A DNA stretch of 33,652 bases from Candidatus Helarchaeota archaeon (lineage in GTDB: Archaea > Asgardarchaeota > Lokiarchaeia > Helarchaeales > RDOG01). Position numbers and translations under genes: made by a program. Shown here in pieces: positions 8,179 to 16,178 of this stretch (position 1 is its first letter; each line of letters opens with the position of its first letter). Under the pieces are notes generated by a model that saw only the letters and a list, made by a program, of their open reading frames with translations, searched no databases and was not told where the DNA came from. Where the stretch lies: assembly GCA_029838215.1 (NCBI GenBank), contig JALGVI010000029.1:1-33652 (forward strand), given 5' to 3'.

Positions 8179-11118
8179 GTGGATGCGATTTTGTCAGAAC
8201 AAGAATCTTCTCAAAAAAAACGGTTAAGATTGGAGTTAGGTGGATTGACCTGCTCCAGTTGTGCACTTAAAATTGAAAAACAGCTTAATAAGCAACCCGG
8301 CGTGGCAAAAGCTGTCGTGAACTTTGGTTTAGAAAATGCCTTTGTCAATTATGACCCAAATATTGTTAATACGACCGATTTAATTCATGCCGTTGAGGAG
8401 ATCGGATATCGCGCCAATCTAAGTCGAATCGAGTTGCAAGTGGATGGCATTAATTCAGAGGATGATGTCAATAAGATTCATTCGGAAGTTGGTGCATTAC
8501 ATGGTGTCGAGAGCGTTTATGTCAACTATAAAACGGGTCTTGCACACGTGGAATATAATTCCGAAGAAATCACCCCAAAAGATATCATTAAATCAATAAA
8601 AGCACTCTCTTTTGAAGCACGAGAAACCTTGAGTGCTCAGGATAAACAACAAATTGAACGCCAGAAGGAAATTCGGGATTATCGCAGGCGTTTTATCCTG
8701 AGTCTCATTTTTGCCATACCGGTGATTGCATTATCTTGGTTACATTTGAATATTTTTCTAAAAGACATCATATTATCTTTATTTGGTGGAAGCCATTTCA
8801 TTTTTAGACTCGTGTTATTCATTTTAACCACCCCCCTTCAGTTTTACGTGGGTTCTAATTTTTACAAAGGAGCATATCTGTCTTTAAAGAATAAGTCAGC
8901 AAACATGGATGTCCTTGTTGTATTGGGCACGACCACGGCATATGCTTATAGTGTCTATACCTTGATAATCTCTTTCATTCTTACTATTTCCCCAACTGCA
9001 CCTTTACTTTTGGGAAATACGTTTTTTGAAGCCGCTGCTATGATTACCATGTTCATTTTATTGGGCAAGTACTTGGAAGCCTATACCAAGGGACGGTCTT
9101 CAGAAGCCATAAAAAAATTGATGGGACTTCAGCCAAATACGGCAATCGTGTTGAGAGGTTCTGTCGAAGTCGAAGTTCCGATTACCGAGGTTGACGTTGG
9201 GGATATCATCCTTGTCAAGCCTGGTGAGCAAATCCCTGTTGATGGGGTAATTGTCGAAGGACGGTCTCAAATTGATGAATCCATGATTTCTGGAGAGAGC
9301 TTTCCTGTTGTAAAAACGGAAGGTGATTCCGTTATTGGAGGGACCTTGAATAAAAGTGGTTTGCTCAAGTTCAAAGCCGAAAAAATCGGAAAGGATACCG
9401 TGCTTTCACGAATTATTAAACTTGTTGAAGATGCTCAAAGTGAGAAAGCACCGATTCAGCGTTTAGCAGATAAAGTTGCAAGCATATTCGTTCCTGTTGT
9501 CATAACCATCGCAATTTTAACTTTCATTTTCTGGAGCACAATTGGTACTTGGCTTTTTCCCCAAATCAACTTTGAGTGGGCGTTACTTGCATTCACGTCC
9601 GTCGTCGTGATTGCTTGTCCTTGTGCAATGGGATTAGCAATCCCCACTGCAATGCTAGTTGGAAGTGGCAAGGGTGCTGAAACAGGAATTTTAATCAAGG
9701 GTGGAGAAAGCCTTGAGACCGTTCATAAGATCCGGAGTATCATATTTGATAAAACGGGCACTCTCACAAAAGGTGCTCCTGAAGTTACGGATGTATTTTC
9801 CGTAAATGGAAGCATTAAAGACGTTCTCCAGCTTGCTGCAAGTGTAGAAAGAGGATCTGAACACCCTCTCGCAGAAGCAATTATCAAAAGAGCAAAACAA
9901 GAACAGCTTTTACTTCGTGAACCTAAAGAATTCGAAGCCATATCGGGTTTCGGCGTGAAAGCGAAAATCAATGATAGCCTTATCCTGCTTGGAAACGAGC
10001 GACTGATGAAAAAATATTCAATGAATATCGACACTGTCCATGAAATCGTCTTGAAATACCAAAACGATGGAAAAACCGTGATGATTCTAGCACAAAATGG
10101 CGAAGCGAAAGGCGTAATTGCCGTGGCAGATCCCCTCAAGGAAAATTCAATTGAAGCAATTCAAGGATTGAAGGAAATGGGGATTGAAGTTTCATTGTTA
10201 ACGGGAGACAACCAAAAAACAGCCAATGCTATTGCGCGAAAGGTACAAATCGACCGCGTTTTCTCTGAAGTATTACCTGAAGACAAGGCAAATGAAGTAA
10301 AAAAACTCCAAATGGAAGGAAAAATTGTTGCCATGGTTGGTGATGGCATCAATGATGCTCCTGCATTGGCTCAGGCTGATGTCGGGATTGCAATGGGATC
10401 GGGCACCGACATTGCCATTGAAACGGGTGATATTGTCTTGATGCGTAACGATCTCAGGAATGTTGTTGCGGGAATTAATCTCAGCAAGAAGACCGTTAAA
10501 AAAATGAAATACAATTTAATGTGGGCATTTCTTTATAACTCTCTATTTATTCCCGTGGCAGCAGGTGCCTTTGTTCCATTAATCATCATTCTAACGGGTG
10601 TGCCAATGTTCATTCCACCTGGCTTGGCGGCACTCGCAATGGCAATGAGTTCCGTTTCCGTTGTTTCTAATTCTCTATTATTGAAGAGATACGAACCAAG
10701 GATGAAAAGCCAAGTTGAAGAAGAACGAAAATTGCTTCAGAACGTTGAAATTGATCCTGTTTGCGGCATGGAAGTCATTCCGGGCGTGGATATAGAAACT
10801 GAACATGATGGCAAAAAATATTATTTTTGTAATCCATCTTGCAAGACCGAATTTGAAAAAAGACCCGACTATTATCTCTCGGATAAGAAAGAATTGAAGA
10901 AAATGGAAGAAATTGAAATAAAGGAGGAAAAAGAAAAAATGCCAATTTTAAAGTGTACAAGTTGTGGGAGCACATCTGACGTGCCGCAACATTGTGGAAA
11001 ACCTATGCACGTAGAAAAAGTGGATGGGAAAGACATGTTAGTGTGTTGGATGGGACCGAACTGCGGAAAGCAGGAAATCCCTGAACATCACGGTGCCCCT
11101 ATGGCATACGAAGAATAA
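8179..11118 (+). CDS. copA: Cu(I)-transporting P1B-1 ATPase with two N-terminal HMA domains, a YHS/TRASH domain and an extra C-terminal Cys/His domain (TTG 8191 may be the start)
   Basis: GLTCSSC, SGES, CPC, DKTGT, SEHP, GDGINDAP, YN and MAMSS; DPVCGM...YYFCNPSC. Confidence 0.95.
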   Translation: MDAILSEQESSQKKRLRLELGGLTCSSCALKIEKQLNKQPGVAKAVVNFGLENAFVNYDPNIVNTTDLIHAVEEIGYRANLSRIELQVDGINSEDDVNKIHSEVGALHGVESVYVNYKTGLAHVEYNSEEITPKDIIKSIKALSFEARETLSAQDKQQIERQKEIRDYRRRFILSLIFAIPVIALSWLHLNIFLKDIILSLFGGSHFIFRLVLFILTTPLQFYVGSNFYKGAYLSLKNKSANMDVLVVLGTTTAYAYSVYTLIISFILTISPTAPLLLGNTFFEAAAMITMFILLGKYLEAYTKGRSSEAIKKLMGLQPNTAIVLRGSVEVEVPITEVDVGDIILVKPGEQIPVDGVIVEGRSQIDESMISGESFPVVKTEGDSVIGGTLNKSGLLKFKAEKIGKDTVLSRIIKLVEDAQSEKAPIQRLADKVASIFVPVVITIAILTFIFWSTIGTWLFPQINFEWALLAFTSVVVIACPCAMGLAIPTAMLVGSGKGAETGILIKGGESLETVHKIRSIIFDKTGTLTKGAPEVTDVFSVNGSIKDVLQLAASVERGSEHPLAEAIIKRAKQEQLLLREPKEFEAISGFGVKAKINDSLILLGNERLMKKYSMNIDTVHEIVLKYQNDGKTVMILAQNGEAKGVIAVADPLKENSIEAIQGLKEMGIEVSLLTGDNQKTANAIARKVQIDRVFSEVLPEDKANEVKKLQMEGKIVAMVGDGINDAPALAQADVGIAMGSGTDIAIETGDIVLMRNDLRNVVAGINLSKKTVKKMKYNLMWAFLYNSLFIPVAAGAFVPLIIILTGVPMFIPPGLAALAMAMSSVSVVSNSLLLKRYEPRMKSQVEEERKLLQNVEIDPVCGMEVIPGVDIETEHDGKKYYFCNPSCKTEFEKRPDYYLSDKKELKKMEEIEIKEEKEKMPILKCTSCGSTSDVPQHCGKPMHVEKVDGKDMLVCWMGPNCGKQEIPEHHGAPMAYEE

Positions 11119-11128
11119 ATGACTACAA

Positions 11129-12184
11129 TCATTTAATTCCAAAAACTTTTTTTATTTTTCGTGCAAACTTCTCAGGATCGTGAAAAATTAAGTAAGAATA
11201 GCAAAACTTGGGAAGAAACCACGTATCATTTACCGTCGGACCCGGATTGTAATTAGGTCTCGTGAGAATTGAGAAATTGATGTTGAAATATTTTTGATTT
11301 TCAGCAAGTGGACCAAAAAAGAGAATGAAGTTAAATGCGTTTCTTTTCATTTTGGCATAAAGTTTTAAGATTTTCACGATTTCTGATGCAAGAGCCGTGA
11401 TGTCATTCTCGTTTAGAGAATCGAGGTTCTTTTTTTCACAAATTCCCTGAATTTCATAATTACCGCGCGGTGCATATGGAACCATCCAATGGAAGCTTCC
11501 TTGCTGTTCAATATATCTTTCACTTTTTGCTTCCAACTTGATGAGTTCATCCCAAAAATTTAATTCATGTTTCTCGTAAAACTCCTTGCTCTTCGAGCTG
11601 ATGATTTCCAAATAAGGAAACGAAAGAGTGGAAAGAATGACCTGAGCGTGAGGATGAAAAATGGAAGACCCTGCCGTCCCTAAATAATTCACACCAATAC
11701 AGGCGTGATTTACAGTATTATCTATATTTTTCACTATTTTTATATAGTCTATTCCATTTAACAAGGCATCTGCAATGAGTTCGGGCGTGAATTCTCCAAT
11801 TTTCGTGAAGTGTGTTCCCGGATCAAACACGATCACCGACGAGTAACATGTAAAGGAAAACAAATTCGGAAATTGGACGCTTTTTCCTTTTTTCATCCGT
11901 CCTTCTGGAAAAATTGAATTAGGAAATTTAGAGGCTGAGCTTTCTAAATTGTCGGAACAAAAGAAACAACTATGACTCGTCTTTTCGATCATTTCATCAA
12001 GGAATGCTTCATTTGGCTTTCGATATAATAAATCACGTTTTGTCGTGAGGCTTTCAGGCAAGATCGAAAACTCACCCGTGAGAGGGTGTTCTCGATAATG
12101 AATGACCTGTTCTTCCTCCTTGAAATCTTTATAAGGACTTAAAACACGGGCTGTTTCCGTGTATTCTCTTAATTGAATGACCAT
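11129..12184 (-). CDS. galT: Galactose-1-phosphate uridylyltransferase-like HIT protein
   Basis: YREHPLTG, CFFC, PNLF, GSSIFHPHAQ (HxHxQ), VPYAPRG. Substrate uncertain. Confidence 0.72.
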   Translation of the reverse strand: MVIQLREYTETARVLSPYKDFKEEEQVIHYREHPLTGEFSILPESLTTKRDLLYRKPNEAFLDEMIEKTSHSCFFCSDNLESSASKFPNSIFPEGRMKKGKSVQFPNLFSFTCYSSVIVFDPGTHFTKIGEFTPELIADALLNGIDYIKIVKNIDNTVNHACIGVNYLGTAGSSIFHPHAQVILSTLSFPYLEIISSKSKEFYEKHELNFWDELIKLEAKSERYIEQQGSFHWMVPYAPRGNYEIQGICEKKNLDSLNENDITALASEIVKILKLYAKMKRNAFNFILFFGPLAENQKYFNINFSILTRPNYNPGPTVNDTWFLPKFCYSYLIFHDPEKFARKIKKVFGIK

Positions 12185-12275
12185 TAAAGGAACCTCAAGA
12201 CTTTTCTATCATCATCAAACGGCTTTTTTTTTATTCTAAAATAAATATATTTGATTTTTTTTAAATTCGATTTTT

Positions 12276-12287
12276 TGCAAGCTTGCA
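12276..12287. promoter_or_regulatory. Palindrome TGCAAGCTTGCA, candidate operator (core CAAGCTTG)
   Basis: Perfect 12-bp palindrome in the divergent galT/ACAD intergenic region; the core recurs at 12338 and 16121. Confidence 0.4.
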
Positions 12288-12337
12288 CGTTTTAATCATA
12301 AAATCTGATTCAGCCGGAATTTGGCAAGTACGCCTAA

Positions 12338-12345
12338 CAAGCTTG
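12338..12345. promoter_or_regulatory. Second CAAGCTTG copy
   Basis: ACAAGCTTGCA, 60 bp from the first copy. Confidence 0.35.
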
Positions 12346-12519
12346 CATTTTTCGAAATTTCGGTTTCCTTCTTTCTGTTCTTTACAAGGATTTTAAGACG
12401 AGATATTGAAATCTCATTCTAATTTATTCGCAATATCGTGGTTTCGGTTTAAACACTTAGAGAAGTGGGAAAAAAAAATCTTTTTATTAAATTTTTAAAG
12501 ATTTAAATTATCTTTTTTG

Positions 12520-12539
12520 ATTTAAAACCGGTTTTAAAT
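12520..12539. promoter_or_regulatory. Perfect 20-bp palindrome ATTTAAAACCGGTTTTAAAT upstream of the ACAD gene
   Basis: Read directly; ends 60 nt before ATG 12600 and contains TATA-like TTTAAA arms. Confidence 0.5.
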
Positions 12540-12599
12540 TCAAGGAATATGCCCCGATAGGGCAATTTGAAAAAAAAAATATTACATGGTGAGAAAAAA

Positions 12600-14168
12600 A
12601 TGGTAGAAACATTCTTTTTCTGGACTGATGAACAGAAAGAATTTGCCAAACGAGTTAATAAGTTTGCAGACGATCATGTCGAAGAAGCAGAAATGGCTCA
12701 TGCCGAAAAACGATTTCCCTGGGAAGTCATGAAAAAAGTCGGCGAAGAAGGCTTCATGGGTGCAGGAGTCCCAAAGGAATATGGTGGTCTTGATTTAGGT
12801 GCAACAGGAAGTTGCATTGTCGCAGAAGCTCTTGGACGCTTGTATGCTGTTGGACACGTGTTTGTCGTCAGCATGTTAGGTGGCTTGCATCAATATCTCA
12901 AATTTGCTGATGAAGAAACGAAGAAGAAATACCTCGGACAAATTGCAGAAGGCAAGGTTCTGGGTGCCGTTTGTATTACAGAACCCTTTGCCGGTTCTGA
13001 TGCAGCAAATGTATATACGACTGCTGTAAAAGAAGGAGACGAGTGGGTCATTAACGGTAAAAAACGCATGGTCACGGGTGTTGGTGCTGCCGGACGTTAC
13101 TTCGTATATGTAAAAACGAGTGATGATCCTACTGATCGAAAGCAATACAAGCATCTTACCGCCTTTACAATCGACAGGGGTACAAAAGGTTTCACGTTGG
13201 AAAAAATTAATGATCTGGTTGGTTTTGATAACGTGCCAAACGGATATCTGGATTTTGATAACGTGCGTATTCCTGATTCACAACGAGTCGGAGAAGTGGG
13301 TCAAGGATGGCAGGTCATGATGTCCGGTTTAAACTTCGAGCGTTTAATCGGTGCGGCCGTCGTTGGTGGTGGATTTGAGGATATCATCAAGATGCTCCGC
13401 CATTATATGGAACGACGCGTGCAATTCAATCAAACCGTCAATCGATTTACGAATCTACAATTTGATTTTGCTGATATCATTGCAAAATGGAGAATCTCTC
13501 GACTGATCAGCTATTACACAGCCTACTTGCTTGATCACCAGAAAGATCTAAAACTCTCCGAATTTGACACGGGATGCTGGGCAAGTATTGCAAAGCTTTA
13601 CAATACGGTTTCTGCTCGCGAAGTAGGAAGCTCTGCAGTCCAAATCATGGGCGGAGATGGTTTGACTCGATTCTATCCAACCGAACGCCTGATTCGAGAA
13701 GCCAAGATCGGTGAAATCGTAGCAGGAACGACCGAAGTTCAAAAAATGTTGATCTATCGATTATCATTAGCAAAGAAAGGATTCGCCGAAATGACGCACT
13801 ACCTTAAACTCCATCCAACTCTTGACTTCCCAATTCCAACGAATGCACCATCCGAGTGGGAAGGAATGGAGATCAATAAGGAGAACGTCATGAAACTAAT
13901 GGCAAAAGACTTCAAGACAAATCCTGGATTATACATGAAACCTGAAGATATCAAATTCCTGACGAAAGGAAAACGCAAGGCCATTCACCAAGTTCTCGAA
14001 GAACTCGAGAAAGAAGGCAAGATCACGGTCATGCGCGGTCGTGACGGCAAGATAAAATTGGCAAAGGCAACCTACGTTGGTCTAAAGATCTATCCAAAAG
14101 AATTCTATCGATACTTCCCCGATTGGGCGAAAGAAGACGAATTCATGATGGAAATGACCAAATTTTAA
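12600..14168 (+). CDS. Acyl-CoA dehydrogenase (isovaleryl-CoA dehydrogenase-like catalytic arrangement) with about 130-aa C-terminal extension
   Basis: CITEPFAGSDA, WVINGKKRMVT, GLNFERL (catalytic Glu at the IVD/LCAD position), RVQF, QIMGGDG, EIVAGTTEV; GGTGAG before ATG 12600. Confidence 0.92.
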   Translation: MVETFFFWTDEQKEFAKRVNKFADDHVEEAEMAHAEKRFPWEVMKKVGEEGFMGAGVPKEYGGLDLGATGSCIVAEALGRLYAVGHVFVVSMLGGLHQYLKFADEETKKKYLGQIAEGKVLGAVCITEPFAGSDAANVYTTAVKEGDEWVINGKKRMVTGVGAAGRYFVYVKTSDDPTDRKQYKHLTAFTIDRGTKGFTLEKINDLVGFDNVPNGYLDFDNVRIPDSQRVGEVGQGWQVMMSGLNFERLIGAAVVGGGFEDIIKMLRHYMERRVQFNQTVNRFTNLQFDFADIIAKWRISRLISYYTAYLLDHQKDLKLSEFDTGCWASIAKLYNTVSAREVGSSAVQIMGGDGLTRFYPTERLIREAKIGEIVAGTTEVQKMLIYRLSLAKKGFAEMTHYLKLHPTLDFPIPTNAPSEWEGMEINKENVMKLMAKDFKTNPGLYMKPEDIKFLTKGKRKAIHQVLEELEKEGKITVMRGRDGKIKLAKATYVGLKIYPKEFYRYFPDWAKEDEFMMEMTKF

Positions 14169-14182
14169 GCATCATCCATCTC

Positions 14183-14200
14183 TTTTTTTATTTCCTTTTT
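14183..14200 (+). terminator. Oligo(T) terminator after the ACAD gene
   Basis: T7 and T5 runs between convergent stops. Confidence 0.5.
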
Positions 14201-14203
14201 CTA

Positions 14204-16042
14204 TTAAACAAAAATTAATCCATCCAATTTGATGAAATCCTTAGTTCGAACATCCCATGTCTTTCTTCTAATCGTTTCATCTTGCATCTCATTCATCAAA
14301 GTAAGCCGCTTAATTCGTTCATCAAGGGTTTTTGGCAATTCTTGCTTAAATTCGATAAATCTTGGAATCATGTAATAAGGAAGAACTTGAACCAAATAGT
14401 TATACAAGTCGTCATATTTTAGAGAACCATCTGTTTTCAACACCACGCAAAGTTTAATCTCATCATCTGATGCTTGTTCTTTTTTCAAACCGATCGCGGC
14501 ACTTTCAAGAACAAATGGATGTGCATTTACGACTTTTTCTATTTCGTGAGGAGAAAAAATTTTATCATGTCTACGAATTATCGTTTCTTCTTGCCCTATG
14601 ATGTAAAAAAAGCCATCTTTATCTTTATAACCCAAATTTCCTGTACGGACCCAGTTAGAACCCCTATATTTTTTCTTTTTATCTCCCGAAAATCTATAGA
14701 ATTCCAGTGAAATCGGTAATGTTGATCTCGAGATGATTTCTCCAACATTATCTGAACCTGGTTCTAACTCCTTCCCATCAGAATTAACTATTTTCAATTC
14801 AAAGCCATTAATTGGTTTTCCGACTGAACCAATTTTTCCGCCTTTTGAGCCCTTTTTATTGATCGTGACAGTGCTACCATTTAAAAAGGGCCATCCTTCA
14901 TAAATTGGAATGTTAAATCTATTTTCAAAAATTTCCCACAATTCCTTTGGAGCCTCTGACCCAAATGCGCCTTTAATTGAATGTTTCTTATCCGTTTCTT
15001 TTACCGGCTCGTTCAATAGTTTTAACAAAACTCCTTTATTATAACAAATGAGATTTGCACCATGTTCTCTAACTTCCTGCCAAAAAATTGAAGCATTGAA
15101 TTCTCTTGTTATGATTATGGATGAATCATGAAATAAACTCGGTAGGATCACGAAAATCTGCGTGAATATAATAAAAAGCGGGAAGGGACAATAAACAATT
15201 ACGGGCTTAAGATCCTGAATTTGTAGCAATTCATTTTTAATGATTAATCCTGCAAGAACCGCATGATTCCTCAACAAAATTCCTTTCGGTTTTCCGATGC
15301 TTCCCGAAGTATAAAGGATTTGCATTTTGTGCCAGTCTTTGACCTTAACATCTGGATTTTTTGTAATGCTCGTGTTGATTTCTTGGAAGTCTATCATTTT
15401 ATTGTTAAATTTGAACCCTTTTGGAGCATTATGTACTATTATCTTCTTAATTTCGGGTAGTTTTTTTTGAATTCGCTTATATTTTTCGAGAAATTCATGT
15501 TCTAAGATCAAAATTTTAATACGGCTATGACTTAAAATATATTCCAATAAGTCATCATCCAGCAAGTAATTTACCGGAACAAAGGTACAACCGGCTTTTA
15601 TTATGCCAAACTCACAGTAAATAAAGTCTAGACTATTTGGAAGCATCAAGGCCACATTACTTCTTCCAAATCCGAGCCTTTTGATCAAGCTTAAGAGTCC
15701 ATTTGCGATTCTGTTTGAATTCTCATTAAGTTTCTTGTAGGTGACTTTCTTATCTCGAAAATAGATAAAAACATGGTTCGGTTCTTTCAGTGCTTTTTTT
15801 TCTAATATTTTTGGCAGTGTTGCATTCTGTAATCCGTGTTCCTTTATCAAATCAACGATTCCGATCTTTTTAGTTAGAAACAAGCCATTGCTCCTTATTT
15901 CAATGTTGATTTCCTCTTGATCTGTAAAAGGGAAGGAATTGTCTTTAAATATCTTGCTTGATACATATATCCATCCATTCTTATATTTCCCGTTACCTGA
16001 TTTCTTTACTATGAATTTTCCTTTTCCGATGATGTTTGTCAT
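14204..16042 (-). CDS. AbrB-like domain fused to a CaiC-like acyl-CoA synthetase fold with degenerate catalytic motifs (probable pseudoenzyme)
   Basis: AMP-binding scaffold (VALMLPNS, YTSGSIGKPKG, GSVGKP, GEI, PYYMIPRFIEF, LPKT) with the A4, A5, A7, A8 and A10 motifs altered. The N-terminal 60 aa show an AbrB-like pattern. Ribosome site AGGAGA before the ATG. Confidence 0.85.
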   Translation of the reverse strand: MTNIIGKGKFIVKKSGNGKYKNGWIYVSSKIFKDNSFPFTDQEEINIEIRSNGLFLTKKIGIVDLIKEHGLQNATLPKILEKKALKEPNHVFIYFRDKKVTYKKLNENSNRIANGLLSLIKRLGFGRSNVALMLPNSLDFIYCEFGIIKAGCTFVPVNYLLDDDLLEYILSHSRIKILILEHEFLEKYKRIQKKLPEIKKIIVHNAPKGFKFNNKMIDFQEINTSITKNPDVKVKDWHKMQILYTSGSIGKPKGILLRNHAVLAGLIIKNELLQIQDLKPVIVYCPFPLFIIFTQIFVILPSLFHDSSIIITREFNASIFWQEVREHGANLICYNKGVLLKLLNEPVKETDKKHSIKGAFGSEAPKELWEIFENRFNIPIYEGWPFLNGSTVTINKKGSKGGKIGSVGKPINGFELKIVNSDGKELEPGSDNVGEIISRSTLPISLEFYRFSGDKKKKYRGSNWVRTGNLGYKDKDGFFYIIGQEETIIRRHDKIFSPHEIEKVVNAHPFVLESAAIGLKKEQASDDEIKLCVVLKTDGSLKYDDLYNYLVQVLPYYMIPRFIEFKQELPKTLDERIKRLTLMNEMQDETIRRKTWDVRTKDFIKLDGLIFV

Positions 16043-16120
16043 TTTATCTCCTATATGAAATTATCATTAATAATATCAATGAAAATGATGAATTCTAATC
16101 TAATACTTACTATTTTTCAG

Positions 16121-16128
16121 CAAGCTTG
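16121..16128. promoter_or_regulatory. Third CAAGCTTG copy, between the divergent pseudo-ligase and hydrolase genes
   Basis: GCAAGCTTGA at 16120-16129. Confidence 0.35.
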
Positions 16129-16178
16129 ATTATCGTGTATTCGTTGAAGATTTCATTTCGCTTCGTAGAGTATTATTT

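Noticed and set aside
9283-9300. SGES instead of TGES in the CopA actuator domain
   Set aside because: Conservative change with the catalytic Glu intact; all other transport motifs are canonical.
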